From: an uncultured Bdellovibrionales bacterium | Lineage (GTDB): Bacteria > Patescibacteriota > Minisyncoccia > Moranbacterales > UBA1568 | NCBI GenBank assembly: GCA_964530135.1 | Contig: CAZGXN010000004.1 | Location: 15,983 to 79,982 of the forward strand | Length of the DNA: 64,000 nucleotides | Reading direction: 5' to 3' | Shown: piece by piece, positions 19,500 through 29,357 of the stretch | Numbering within the stretch: position 1 is the stretch's first letter | How the letters are laid out: the number at the start of each line of letters is the position of its first letter | Program-made: the position numbers and the translations under genes | The notes under the pieces: model-generated | Told to the model about the DNA's origin: nothing | The model's database searches: none | The model's input: the letters and a program-made list of their open reading frames with translations, nothing else

Positions 19500-20639
19500 G
19501 TGAGTGGAAGATTTCGGTTATACTGGGGTATCCTTGAACTTGCTTTTTTCACTATGCCCCTTTCCTGGACTCTTTTCTGGAAGCGCTTGTATGAGCAGTT
19601 TTTCGGCAATCTCACGCAGGACATCGGTATCGACCTTGGTACGGCGAATACTCTGGTGTATGTCCGTGGGCGCGGGATTGTCATCAATGAACCCTCTGTT
19701 GTTGCGATCAATCAACGGACAGGGCAAATTCTCGCTATTGGTCGGGAAGCAAAAAAAATGGTAGGAAAAACACCCGGGCATATCGTTGCGATACGGCCAT
19801 TGGTTGATGGCGTAGTCTCCGATTTTGAGATTACTCAACAGATGCTCCGGTATTTTATTGGAAAGGTTTCAGAGGGGAGATTTAAATTTCTCCGCCGGCC
19901 GCGAGTACTCATCGGCATTCCTTCTGGGGTTACCGAGGTAGAGAAACGGGCAGTGATCGAAGCGGCTATGAATGCTGGTGCTCGCCAGGCCTTTCTCATT
20001 GATGAACCGATGGCTGCAGCTATTGGTGGCCGCCTCCCTGTCATTGATGCGGCAGGCAATATGGTTGTTGATATCGGCGGTGGTACGACGGAAGTGGCGG
20101 TTATTTCGCTCGGTGGCGTTGTCATTTCCCGCAGTCTTCGGATTGCGGGAGATGAGATGAATGAAGATATCATTCGTTATTGTCGAGATGAGTTCAATCT
20201 CCTTGTCGGCGAGCGGACAGCAGAAGATGTGAAAATTGCCATCGGGAGTGCCTACCCGCTAAAGGAACGACTTCAATATTCAATTCGTGGTCGGGATCTC
20301 GTTTCTGGTCTCCCGAAAGAGGTTGTGATTACTGATGAACATGTGCGTGAAGCCCTTTCCCGATCAATCCGTATTATTGTGAATAATATAAAGACGCTCA
20401 TTGAGGAGACACCCCCTGAATTGGTCTCAGATATTATGCAGCGCGGCATTTCAATTTCGGGTGGGGGGAGTCTCATTCGCGGATTGGACAAATTACTTGC
20501 CGCCCAGACCGGTATGCCAGTGCGACGGGTTGAGGATCCATTGACAGCTGTGGTCCGCGGGACGGGTATCGTGCTCGATGATATGGATACGCTCAAAGAA
20601 GTGCTCATTGAAGACGAACAAGATCATCCGCTTTCTTAG
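19500..20639 (+). CDS. mreB: rod shape-determining protein MreB
   Basis: GIDLGTANTLVYV phosphate-1 motif and actin fold. GTG start at 19500 follows GGAGG by 8 nt; alternative ATG at 19554. Confidence 0.85.
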   Translation: MSGRFRLYWGILELAFFTMPLSWTLFWKRLYEQFFGNLTQDIGIDLGTANTLVYVRGRGIVINEPSVVAINQRTGQILAIGREAKKMVGKTPGHIVAIRPLVDGVVSDFEITQQMLRYFIGKVSEGRFKFLRRPRVLIGIPSGVTEVEKRAVIEAAMNAGARQAFLIDEPMAAAIGGRLPVIDAAGNMVVDIGGGTTEVAVISLGGVVISRSLRIAGDEMNEDIIRYCRDEFNLLVGERTAEDVKIAIGSAYPLKERLQYSIRGRDLVSGLPKEVVITDEHVREALSRSIRIIVNNIKTLIEETPPELVSDIMQRGISISGGGSLIRGLDKLLAAQTGMPVRRVEDPLTAVVRGTGIVLDDMDTLKEVLIEDEQDHPLS

Positions 20640-20642
20640 GTA

Positions 20643-21470
20643 TTGGAATGTATGAGTTCAACGCATTCTTTTTTTCAAAGAAATATTGTTCGAGCCATCA
20701 TCGCCAGTGGATTGGTGTGGTTTTTCATCACATTGGTACCAAATTCATTGCTCGTCCCGTTTCGATCGCTGCTCGCCCCAGTCGCAGCTCCTTTTCAAGG
20801 ATTCTTCTCCTGGGTTGCCTTTGAGACGAGAGATACTTTCCGTTTTCTCACTTCTGTGAGTGATTTGAAACAGGAAAATGATTACTTACTTCGTGAGAAT
20901 CAGCGGCTCAGGCATGAAGTGGCTCTCTCTCTTGAATTAAAAGAGGAAAATCGTATTCTCCGTGAAATCAGCGGACTACCGAAAATCGGAAGTGGTACGC
21001 TGCTTTTGGCTGAAGTGATCAGTCGCGACCGGAAAGAGAACACGTTTTCCTTTACTCTGAATCGGGGGAGTACGGATGGTGTCCAACCAGGGCTTCCGGT
21101 GGTCGTAGGTAGTGGTCAATTAGTTGGGCGGATCGCAACGGCAGAATTGACAAGCTCTCGCGTGCATCTCCTGTCTCACCCCGAAAGTACGATCGCCGCC
21201 CGTATTGCAGGAACCTCTATTCAGGGAGTGGTTCGTGGGGATCATGGCCTGGGACTTATTTTTGATATGGCCCTTTCGGGTGAGCGACTTGAACCAGGTG
21301 TCGCACTCGTAACCTCTGGTTTGGGTGACGATTTACCAAAAGGCTTGTACATCGGTACTATCGGTGAAGTGCGCCCGTCGGCTGACCGACTCTTCCAACA
21401 AGCAACGATTGTAACGGGCTCAGTTGAGAGCGATATTCGCTTCGCTTCGATTATTCTCTCACCAGTATGA
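20643..21470 (+). CDS. mreC: rod shape-determining protein MreC
   Basis: TM helix, coiled coil (LKQENDYLLRENQRLRHEVALSLELKEENRILRE) and a C-terminal beta domain. Its position after mreB supports the call. Confidence 0.7.
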   Translation: MECMSSTHSFFQRNIVRAIIASGLVWFFITLVPNSLLVPFRSLLAPVAAPFQGFFSWVAFETRDTFRFLTSVSDLKQENDYLLRENQRLRHEVALSLELKEENRILREISGLPKIGSGTLLLAEVISRDRKENTFSFTLNRGSTDGVQPGLPVVVGSGQLVGRIATAELTSSRVHLLSHPESTIAARIAGTSIQGVVRGDHGLGLIFDMALSGERLEPGVALVTSGLGDDLPKGLYIGTIGEVRPSADRLFQQATIVTGSVESDIRFASIILSPV

Positions 21471-21970
21471 GTATTTTTTTTCAGCGTTTTTTTCTCCTTC
21501 TCTTGGCGGCGATCATTCAACGCTCTTTCCTTGATATTCTTTGGCCAACCCACGAAGCTCCAGTGCTGATCATTGCCGTTATTATTTCGCTCGTCTTTCT
21601 CTTTGGGTTTGCTCGCGGACTTGGCTGGGTGCTTTTGACGATTTTCCTTTATACTCTTCTCGGTGATACGGAAACTTTTCCGGTCTTTGCGGTGGGAATT
21701 GCCTATGGAACAAGTTTTCTCTCACGACGACTCGTTATCGAGCGTTGGGGAGAGAGTAGTTTCGGACTCTCTTTGGTTGCAGCTGTTTCGGTTATACTGT
21801 ATCTGTTCTTTCTCACAGTCGGTCGGGGAATAGAAATCACAACGCTTATGGTCATCGCAAATATGGTTGCGGCACTGATCGTGTTCCCACTGGTTTTTAG
21901 CATCATGCGCGTTCGGGAGAAGCAAATCCAAGAGAGTCTTCGATCAGAATTCCGTGGTTTACGAACATAG
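21467..21970 (+). CDS. mreD: rod shape-determining protein MreD (polytopic membrane)
   Basis: 167 aa with 4-5 TM helices. It overlaps the mreC stop and precedes mrdA. Confidence 0.5.
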   Translation: MSIFFQRFFLLLLAAIIQRSFLDILWPTHEAPVLIIAVIISLVFLFGFARGLGWVLLTIFLYTLLGDTETFPVFAVGIAYGTSFLSRRLVIERWGESSFGLSLVAAVSVILYLFFLTVGRGIEITTLMVIANMVAALIVFPLVFSIMRVREKQIQESLRSEFRGLRT

Positions 21971-21973
21971 CAT

Positions 21974-23827
21974 ATGTTTTTTTTTCGATCCAAACAGAAT
22001 CGTTCGAGAGTTACCGGAGAAATTGACGATGCTGTCTTGACGCTTTCTGAACCAGAAGCGGCACGTATCGAGTGGCGGCTCGACCGAAAACCAACCCGAT
22101 ACTTTTTGGCTATTGCGCTACTGACGATTATGATTCTCGCCGGTCGCCTTGTCTATTTGAATTTCTGGCGAGGTGATTATTACGGAGAGATCGCTCGAAA
22201 CAATAGTGTGCGTTCGATTGTGCTGACCGCTCCGCGGGGTATTATTTCGGATCGTTTTGGTGAACCTTTGGTGAAAAATATTCCGAGTCTCGATGGTATC
22301 GTCATCCCGGGTGCGTTACCGAAGGATGCTGATGAACGTCAACGCGTTTTGGATACCATTGAAAAAATTTTTCAGCCGAGCACTGCATTGTGGCGGTCCA
22401 CTTTGGATGCGGGAACTCTCAGCTCCACTAAGGCTGTCCTCATCAAAGAGGACCTGACACAGGAAGAGGCGATTATGTATTATAGTCAGTCGCATCGGCT
22501 GCCAGGTATCAGCATTCAGAAATCAGTCCGGCGCGAATATATCAATGGACCAATTTTTTCACCAGTAATCGGCTACGAGGGTAAGATACAAAAAGAAGAA
22601 TTGAGAGATCATCCAGAATATCTTTTTACTGATTCGATTGGTAAGCAGGGCGTGGAAAAAGTCTATGAGTCGGAGCTTCGGGGAGTTCATGGTCGTGAAG
22701 TTGCCGAAGTGGATTCCTTGGGTCGAGTCAAAAAAGAACTGGGTATTATCCCTCCGAATCAGGGGAAAGATATCCGACTGACACTTGATAAAGAACTAAC
22801 AGAAAAGATCTATACGACAATGGCCGATTGGTTTATGGCCAATAATCTCACGGCGGGGGCCGCCATTGCGCTTGATCCGCGTTCTGGTGCGATCCGAGCA
22901 CTCGTGTCATATCCTGGGTATGACAATAATTTGTTCTCAGGTGGGATAACGAGTGATGAGTATGCCCAGCTTATCGAAAATCCAGCCAAACCACTCTTTA
23001 ATCGAGCGATTGCCGGAGAGTATCCACCTGGCTCGACTCTCAAACCAGTGATTGCAGTTGCAGCACTCGCTGAGCGTATTATCACCCCTGCGACGATGAT
23101 TGAAAGTCGAGGTGGTATCAGTGTGGGAAAATTTTTTTTCGGTGATTGGAAAGCTCACGGATTCACTGATCTGCGACGGGCCATTGCCGTTTCGAGCGAT
23201 GTCTATTTCTATACACTGGGCGGGGGGTATGGTGGAATTAGTGGACTTGGTATGGAGCGGATGAAAAAATATGAGAACCTGTTTGGATATGGGTATCAGA
23301 CCGGCATTGATCTGCCGGGGGAAGCGAGTGGATTCATCCCTGATCCGGCGTGGAAAAAAGATGTTATTGGAGAACCGTGGCGTCTTGGTGATGATTATAA
23401 TGCGTCGATTGGTCAGGGATTTATTACCGCGACACCACTACAGATTGTCAATTCGATTGCGACTATTGCCAATGGAGGAACGCGGTACACACCGCATGTC
23501 CGTGAAGGGGAAATTCACAATGAACGCCTATCAATCGCGCCGGAGATCCTGCGTGTCATACAAGAGGGGATGCGTGAAACAGTCACCGAAGGAACAGCGC
23601 AGATGCTCCAGACACTGCCTGTCGCGGTAGCTGGAAAAACGGGAACGGCACAATATGGGAACGAAGAGAAGACTTATGGCTGGTTTGTCTCATATGGGCC
23701 CTATGAAAATCCCGAATTGGCATTGATCATTCTCGTTGAGGGGCAACCGAAAGAGAGTACCTATCATGCCGTACCGATCACGAAATCAATTTTTGAATGG
23801 TATGTTTCTCGAAAAAATAAGCCTTAG
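21974..23827 (+). CDS. mrdA: penicillin-binding protein 2 (elongasome transpeptidase)
   Basis: N-terminal TM helix. Transpeptidase motifs GSTLKP (SxxK), SSD and KTGTAQ are present. Confidence 0.85.
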   Translation: MFFFRSKQNRSRVTGEIDDAVLTLSEPEAARIEWRLDRKPTRYFLAIALLTIMILAGRLVYLNFWRGDYYGEIARNNSVRSIVLTAPRGIISDRFGEPLVKNIPSLDGIVIPGALPKDADERQRVLDTIEKIFQPSTALWRSTLDAGTLSSTKAVLIKEDLTQEEAIMYYSQSHRLPGISIQKSVRREYINGPIFSPVIGYEGKIQKEELRDHPEYLFTDSIGKQGVEKVYESELRGVHGREVAEVDSLGRVKKELGIIPPNQGKDIRLTLDKELTEKIYTTMADWFMANNLTAGAAIALDPRSGAIRALVSYPGYDNNLFSGGITSDEYAQLIENPAKPLFNRAIAGEYPPGSTLKPVIAVAALAERIITPATMIESRGGISVGKFFFGDWKAHGFTDLRRAIAVSSDVYFYTLGGGYGGISGLGMERMKKYENLFGYGYQTGIDLPGEASGFIPDPAWKKDVIGEPWRLGDDYNASIGQGFITATPLQIVNSIATIANGGTRYTPHVREGEIHNERLSIAPEILRVIQEGMRETVTEGTAQMLQTLPVAVAGKTGTAQYGNEEKTYGWFVSYGPYENPELALIILVEGQPKESTYHAVPITKSIFEWYVSRKNKP

Positions 23828-23847
23828 TTGAGCCTCGAATAGCTGTG

Positions 23848-23876
23848 TTGACAGTGTCCATTGTGTGTAGTAGCAT
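23848..23876 (+). promoter_or_regulatory. sigma70 promoter TTGACA-17-TAGCAT
   Basis: TTGACA at 23848-23853 and TAGCAT at 23871-23876, upstream of greA. Confidence 0.45.
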
Positions 23877-23928
23877 GGGTGGCATCGTGTGTGTGATACA
23901 AATATCGTTATTGTGTAAACCAAACTCT

Positions 23929-24384
23929 ATGTCGCGAATATTTACTGAGGAGGGGCTAAAAAAACTTCACACTGAGTTGGAGGACCGAAAGTCTCGGGTG
24001 CGTCAGGAAATTGCGCATTCTATCAAGGAGGCGAAGGAGCAGGGTGATTTGTCCGAAAATGCCGAGTATAGTGAGGCGAAGCGTCATCAGAATGAAAATG
24101 AGACCCGTATCGCCGAGCTCGAAGCGCTTTTGAAGGAGTCTATTGTTGCTGTCCCTCACAAAAAATCTTCAAAAGTTCAGGTTGGGTCGCGACTAGTGGT
24201 CAAGTTGCATGGCAAGGAAATGGAGTTTGAGATTGTTGGTGCCAACGAAGTGGATCCGACTCAAGGAAAGATTTCGAGTGAATCACCACTCGGACGCGAA
24301 TTTATGGGCAAGGAGAAGGGTGATACTGTGACCGTAACCGCTCCGGCGGGACATAGCAAGTATGAAATTCTCTCAGTGAAATAA
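23929..24384 (+). CDS. greA: transcription elongation factor GreA
   Basis: The N-terminal coiled coil carries the acidic tip GDLSENAEYSEAK. A C-terminal FKBP-like domain is present. Start is taken at MSRIFTEEGL. Confidence 0.85.
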   Translation: MSRIFTEEGLKKLHTELEDRKSRVRQEIAHSIKEAKEQGDLSENAEYSEAKRHQNENETRIAELEALLKESIVAVPHKKSSKVQVGSRLVVKLHGKEMEFEIVGANEVDPTQGKISSESPLGREFMGKEKGDTVTVTAPAGHSKYEILSVK

Positions 24385-24403
24385 GAATTGTGTTATTTTT
24401 CCA

Positions 24404-24430
24404 CCGCCCTTTCATCAGGGGCGGTTTTTT
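24404..24430 (+). terminator. intrinsic terminator
   Basis: CCGCCC-tttcatcag-GGGCGG hairpin followed by TTTTTT. Confidence 0.6.
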
Positions 24431-24480
24431 CTTTTCACTTCACTTGCTTTGAGCCAAAAAAACGGATACAGTGAACCCAT

Positions 24481-25941
24481 ATGCGTGAAGATATTCTCTC
24501 AGTAAAACACGAAAAACTCGCCAAACTTGTGGCCGTGCACGGGTCGGCTTACCCAGAAAAGGCTGCCCGAACACATACGAATCAGGCGGTGCTCGATGAC
24601 TTTGAAAGTCTAAACGGAACAGATACGCAGGTGTCTGTTGTTGGTCGGGCCCGATCATTGCGCGTCATGGGGAAAATTGCGTTTTGTCATATTGAGGATG
24701 GAACAGCGAAGATTCAGGCTTTTTTCTCTCTCGAGACAATGGGCGAAGAAAGTTTTAAGCTTTTCAAGGAGACGGTTGAAATCGGTGATTTTCTTTCAGT
24801 AACGGGCAGGATTTTCCTGACAAAACAGGATGAGAAAAGCGTCCGCGTTGAGCATTGGCAGATGTTATCCAAATCGCTCCTCCCTCTCCCTACCGAATTT
24901 TATGGATTAAAGGACGAGGAGGTGCTCCTCCGCCGCCGTTACCTTGATCTTCTTATGAATCCGGAAACGCGAATGCTCTTTGTGAAGAAAAATGCGTTTT
25001 GGCAGACTATTCGAACATTTCTGGCACAGCAGAATTTTCTCGAAGTGCAAACACCGGTCTTGGAGCATGTGCCCGGCGGGGCCGAAGCCGAACCTTTTGT
25101 GACACATCATCATGCACTTGACCAGGATTTCTACCTCCGTATTTCACTGGAACTACCGCTCAAGCGCCTTCTCGTTGGTGGGTTTGAGCGAGTGTTTGAA
25201 ATCGGTCGCGTATTCCGGAATGAAGGTATCGACCGTGAACACCTTCAGGAGTTTGATCACATGGAGTTTTATAGTGCCTATACTGACTTTGAAACAGGCT
25301 GTGCCCTGGTGGAGACACTCTACCGAGAAATCGTTCGCGTTATCGCAGGGGATACATTGAAGACGACTCATGACGGTGAGACACTTGATTGGTCACGACC
25401 CTTTCCACGCATCGATTATTTTGAAGCCTTTAAAAAAGAAACAGACATCGATCTTTCAGGTGAAATAACCGTTGAGGCCTTGCGCGCGAAAGCCGATGAG
25501 CTTGGTATTAGATATGAACCGGCTGCCGGCAAAGGCCGACTCATTGATGTGATATACAAGAAAACAGTACGCCAGAAGCTTGTCCAGCCGTGCTTGTTGG
25601 TTGGACATCCGATTGAAGTATCGCCCCTCGCAAAGCTTGATCCGGAGAATCCGCGCCGGGCGCTTCGTATGCAGCCCGTGGCGGGACGCAGTGAGCTGGG
25701 CAATGGTTTTGCAGAATTAAATGATCCGATTGATCAGCGGGCACGCTTCGAGGCGCAGATGGAGCTTCGCAAGGCGGGGGATGCTGAGGCACAAATGCTG
25801 GATGAAGATTTTCTTGAAGCACTCGAATACGGCATGCCGCCGGCTTTTGGATTTGGTATGAGTGAACGACTCTTTGCGATTCTCATGGACAAGAGTGTGC
25901 GTGAGACTGTTATCTTCCCACCTATGAAGATGAAAGAGTAG
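24481..25941 (+). CDS. lysS: lysyl-tRNA synthetase (class II)
   Basis: N-terminal OB anticodon-binding domain (VSVVGRARSLRVMGKIAFCHIEDG). Class IIb motifs FRNEGIDREHLQEFDHMEFYSAY and GFGMSERL are present. Confidence 0.85.
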   Translation: MREDILSVKHEKLAKLVAVHGSAYPEKAARTHTNQAVLDDFESLNGTDTQVSVVGRARSLRVMGKIAFCHIEDGTAKIQAFFSLETMGEESFKLFKETVEIGDFLSVTGRIFLTKQDEKSVRVEHWQMLSKSLLPLPTEFYGLKDEEVLLRRRYLDLLMNPETRMLFVKKNAFWQTIRTFLAQQNFLEVQTPVLEHVPGGAEAEPFVTHHHALDQDFYLRISLELPLKRLLVGGFERVFEIGRVFRNEGIDREHLQEFDHMEFYSAYTDFETGCALVETLYREIVRVIAGDTLKTTHDGETLDWSRPFPRIDYFEAFKKETDIDLSGEITVEALRAKADELGIRYEPAAGKGRLIDVIYKKTVRQKLVQPCLLVGHPIEVSPLAKLDPENPRRALRMQPVAGRSELGNGFAELNDPIDQRARFEAQMELRKAGDAEAQMLDEDFLEALEYGMPPAFGFGMSERLFAILMDKSVRETVIFPPMKMKE

Positions 25942-25980
25942 ACAGGGTGAAAGAAAAACGCTAGATTGAGGGCTGTCAAT

Positions 25981-26054
25981 GGTCGCATAGTTCAGTTGGT
26001 TAGAACGTTCGGTTCACATCCGAAAGGTCCCTGGTTCGAGTCCAGGTGCGACCA
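25981..26054 (+). tRNA. tRNA-Val (anticodon CAC)
   Basis: Cloverleaf folded by hand. Acceptor GGTCGCA/TGCGACC, D stem GTTC/GAAC, anticodon stem TTCGG/CCGAA with loop TTCACAT, T arm CCTGG-TTCGAGT-CCAGG. No encoded CCA. Confidence 0.85.
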
Positions 26055-26068
26055 CAAAAAATATTCTT

Positions 26069-27397
26069 ATGCTCGATATTGGATTCATCCGGGACAATGA
26101 GGCGGCGATTCGTTCAGTGATCGCGAATAAGAACATCACACTGAATCTCGATCGATTGTTTGATGTGGATAAGCGGCGGCGTGAGCTTTTGCAAAGAATA
26201 GAAGAGTTGAAGTCGCTCAAGAATGACATCAATAATTTGATTCAGTCGGCTATAACACCAGAGGAGCGGGACGAAGTGATCGTGAAAGGAAAAGAAATCA
26301 AGGCCGCGCTCGAAGGAGCTGAACCGGAGTGGAAAGACGTGAAAGAGGAATTTGACGCACTCATGGCGCTAGTGCCCAATATTGTGTCGCCCGACACCCC
26401 GATCGGCAAGAGTGAAGCTGAAAACAAGGAAGTGTTTGTTTGGGGTGAGAAGCCAAACTTTACCTTCACGGCGAAAACACATATCGAGCTCGGGCGCGAC
26501 CTCGATATCCTTGATCTCGAGCGGGGAGTGAAGGTGGGTGGGTATCGCAGCTATTATGTGAAGAATGAGGGCGTGCTCCTTGTCATGGGGCTGATGCTGT
26601 ATGCATTGCAGAAACTTGCAGCCAAAGGCTATCAGTCGATGATTCCACCGACCCTCGTGAAAGGATTTCCTCTTTTCGGCTCTGGCTACTTCAAAGGTCT
26701 TGAATATGATAGTTCAGTTGATGAGGTTTATGAGATAGCTTCAAGGGACAAAGAAAGCGATGGGAGCATTTCCAGGGAAAAGAAATTTCTCGTTGGGACA
26801 GCCGAACCGTCGTTGCTCGCTTACTACAGCGATGAGGTTCTTGATGGAGCCACCTTACCGCTCCGTTTGGCCGGTTTTAGTCAGTGTTACCGGAGCGAGA
26901 TCGGTTCGTATGGCAAAGATACAAAGGGTATCTATCGCGTACATGAGTTCATGAAAGTGGAGCAGGTCGTGATCGCACCAGCAGATATTGATCAGGCAGA
27001 TGTATTACAAGAGGAAATGATTGGTTTATCACAAGAGATGCATGAGGAGCTTGGACTACCTTACCGTAAGATTCAAATTTGCACGGGCGATCTCTCGGCA
27101 GGGAAATACCGACAGTTTGATCTCGAGGCCTGGATGCCGGGGCTCAATCGCTATGGTGAGACAGGATCGGCTTCAACTTTTCTCGATTGGCAATCCCGTC
27201 GCCTCAATGTGAAGTATATGGACAAAGAAACAGGCGAGAAACGCTTTGTGTATATGCTGAATAATACGGCACTACCAACCCCGCGCATCCTCATCGCGCT
27301 CCTTGAGAATCATCAGGATGCCGAGGGAAATGTCCGCGTTCCGGTAGTCCTGAGGCCGTTTGTCGGGACAGATACCATCCGGAAAAAGCGGGTGTGA
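26069..27397 (+). CDS. serS: seryl-tRNA synthetase
   Basis: N-terminal coiled-coil arm. Class II core carries FSQCYRSEIGSYGKDTKGIYRVHEFMKVEQ. Confidence 0.85.
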   Translation: MLDIGFIRDNEAAIRSVIANKNITLNLDRLFDVDKRRRELLQRIEELKSLKNDINNLIQSAITPEERDEVIVKGKEIKAALEGAEPEWKDVKEEFDALMALVPNIVSPDTPIGKSEAENKEVFVWGEKPNFTFTAKTHIELGRDLDILDLERGVKVGGYRSYYVKNEGVLLVMGLMLYALQKLAAKGYQSMIPPTLVKGFPLFGSGYFKGLEYDSSVDEVYEIASRDKESDGSISREKKFLVGTAEPSLLAYYSDEVLDGATLPLRLAGFSQCYRSEIGSYGKDTKGIYRVHEFMKVEQVVIAPADIDQADVLQEEMIGLSQEMHEELGLPYRKIQICTGDLSAGKYRQFDLEAWMPGLNRYGETGSASTFLDWQSRRLNVKYMDKETGEKRFVYMLNNTALPTPRILIALLENHQDAEGNVRVPVVLRPFVGTDTIRKKRV

Positions 27398-27400
27398 GTA

Positions 27401-27428
27401 TTGACCAAGGTAGCCAGTTTGCTACAAT
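27401..27428 (+). promoter_or_regulatory. sigma70 promoter TTGACC-16-TACAAT
   Basis: TTGACC at 27401-27406 and TACAAT at 27423-27428, 22 nt upstream of tRNA-Lys. Confidence 0.45.
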
Positions 27429-27449
27429 GCTTGTGTTTTGTGATATTTT

Positions 27450-27525
27450 GGGTGCGTAGCTCAGTCGGTAGAGCAGTGGCCTTTTAAGCCAACGGTCGAG
27501 GGTTCGATTCCCCCCGCACCCACCA
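27450..27525 (+). tRNA. tRNA-Lys (anticodon UUU)
   Basis: Acceptor GGGTGCG/CGCACCC, anticodon loop CTTTTAA, T loop TTCGATT, encoded CCA. Very similar to canonical bacterial tRNA-Lys. Confidence 0.85.
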
Positions 27526-27566
27526 AATCTATCTCTCAAAAAGCCATCTCCTGTTGTTGTAGTACA

Positions 27567-27575
27567 TGGTATAAT
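27567..27575 (+). promoter_or_regulatory. extended -10 element TGgTATAAT
   Basis: TGGTATAAT lies 24 nt upstream of the lipoprotein ATG at 27599. Confidence 0.35.
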
Positions 27576-27598
27576 GGGGCAGAACCAAATTCTGTCAT

Positions 27599-28762
27599 AT
27601 GATGCAGCGTATTGTTAACCCTCTCCTCCTCACCTTTATTCTCGTGTCGCTTTCGGGCTGCACACTTTCTCCCCCGAAGATTGGGGGTGGAGAAAAAAGC
27701 GATACAACGGCGTTTGAAACACAGGCACTTCCTGGGAGTGTGTGGCGTTCGGATGATGGCGGAAAGACTTTTGTGCCAAAAATTTTTGTCGATGAGAAAC
27801 GAAAGCTCACCAAAGCGGATGTTCTCGATATCTCTTTTCTCTTGCGCGAGGATACACGTGAAAGAGCGAATGAGCTTCGGCGTACTCCAGATGTTTATGT
27901 CGGAACGGTGGATGACATGATTTTTAAGACCGAGGATGGTGCTGAAGTGTGGCAGCCTGTCAATTTTCCACCAAATAAAGTCTATAGTTTCATCGCTTCC
28001 CGCCGTAGTCTTGACCGGATGTATGCGACCGGTGTCGTTGGTGAGCGAGGAAAGATATTTCGGACCACTGATGGAGGAACAACCTGGGCAGATGTCTACA
28101 GCGAGCCTGGGACAGGTTCGTCGCTCCCTTCTCTTGCGGAACATCCGACAGACATCAATCTCCTCTTTGCTGGAACGAGTACAGGTACTGTTGTAAAGAG
28201 TACAGATGGGGGGGATACCTGGAAGAATGTTGGTACGAAAGTGAATGGGCCAATCACCACTATCGCATTTGATGCCAAGGATAGGAATATCATGTACTTG
28301 TTGGCGTTTAATTCAAAAATATATATTTCACTGAATGCGGGAGAAACATGGAATGACTGGGAAAGTATTCAGCAGGAGGAGCGGAAAAAAAATCCCAACG
28401 CTCCCTATGTGAACACGGTCGCCTTGCAGGGGTTTGCTTCGTTGGTGGCTGATCCAAATATCTCTGGAACATTGTATGCGGGCACCAAGAGCGGTCTCTA
28501 TCGAAGTCGTGACTTTGGTAAGGGTTGGGAAAAAGTGAATATTATCGAGAGTGCTGAAAAATTCCAGATTCGTTCCTTTGCAGTGAATCCGAAAAATTCT
28601 AATGAGATCATCTTTGTGGCTGGTCGGGCGCTCTACAAGTCGCTGAATGCCGGCGAAACCTGGTCAGTCCATATGCTCAATGTTGATCGCGAAGTATCTG
28701 TCATCACCTATGATCCGGCGTATCCAGAAGTCATCTATCTCGGTCTCCGGAAGACGAAATAA
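27599..28762 (+). CDS. BNR/Asp-box repeat beta-propeller lipoprotein (Ycf48-like)
   Basis: Signal peptide with lipobox LSGC. Repeated S/T-x-D-G-G-x-T-W motifs: DDGGKTF, TDGGTTWA, TDGGDTWKNV, NAGETWND, NAGETWSV. Confidence 0.6.
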   Translation: MMQRIVNPLLLTFILVSLSGCTLSPPKIGGGEKSDTTAFETQALPGSVWRSDDGGKTFVPKIFVDEKRKLTKADVLDISFLLREDTRERANELRRTPDVYVGTVDDMIFKTEDGAEVWQPVNFPPNKVYSFIASRRSLDRMYATGVVGERGKIFRTTDGGTTWADVYSEPGTGSSLPSLAEHPTDINLLFAGTSTGTVVKSTDGGDTWKNVGTKVNGPITTIAFDAKDRNIMYLLAFNSKIYISLNAGETWNDWESIQQEERKKNPNAPYVNTVALQGFASLVADPNISGTLYAGTKSGLYRSRDFGKGWEKVNIIESAEKFQIRSFAVNPKNSNEIIFVAGRALYKSLNAGETWSVHMLNVDREVSVITYDPAYPEVIYLGLRKTK

Positions 28763-28777
28763 TATCTCTGTACTCCT

Positions 28778-29335
28778 ATGATAAAAGACATCATCGACCG
28801 TCGGCACGCCGCCTTTGAAAAAGCACTCGACCATTTTACTGAAGAAGCCGGAACACTCCGGACTGGGCGGGCCAATCCAGCGATGGTTGAAGGCCTGCTT
28901 ATCGATTACTACAATGCGCAAACACCGCTGAAACAAGTTTCAAGCATCTCGATTCCAGAGCCGCGTCAAATTGTTATTTCACCCTGGGATAAGGGATCGC
29001 TGACACAGATTGAAGCAGCAATTCGTGAATCAGATCTCGGACTTAATCCGGTGAATGATGGTTCTGTTGTTCGTATAACATTACCAGCTTTGACCGAAGA
29101 ACGGCGACGCGAACTCGTCAAAACACTCAATAGCCGAGCAGAAGAAGCGCGGATTTCTATCCGGAATGCTCGCGAAGAAGCTTGGAAAGAAATCCAAGAA
29201 GCAGAAAAAAACAGTCACATCAGTGAAGATGAAAAATTTCGCGGGAGAGATGATCTCCAGAAAGTTGTCGATGAATATAATGTGAAACTTGAAGCAGTGC
29301 GTGAGAAGAAAGAGAGAGAAATTATGACTGTCTAA
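28778..29335 (+). CDS. frr: ribosome recycling factor
   Basis: 185 aa with full-length RRF sequence (…LRTGRANPAMVEGLLIDYY…). Confidence 0.9.
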   Translation: MIKDIIDRRHAAFEKALDHFTEEAGTLRTGRANPAMVEGLLIDYYNAQTPLKQVSSISIPEPRQIVISPWDKGSLTQIEAAIRESDLGLNPVNDGSVVRITLPALTEERRRELVKTLNSRAEEARISIRNAREEAWKEIQEAEKNSHISEDEKFRGRDDLQKVVDEYNVKLEAVREKKEREIMTV

Positions 29336-29357
29336 TCACCACTATCTACCCCTGAGT

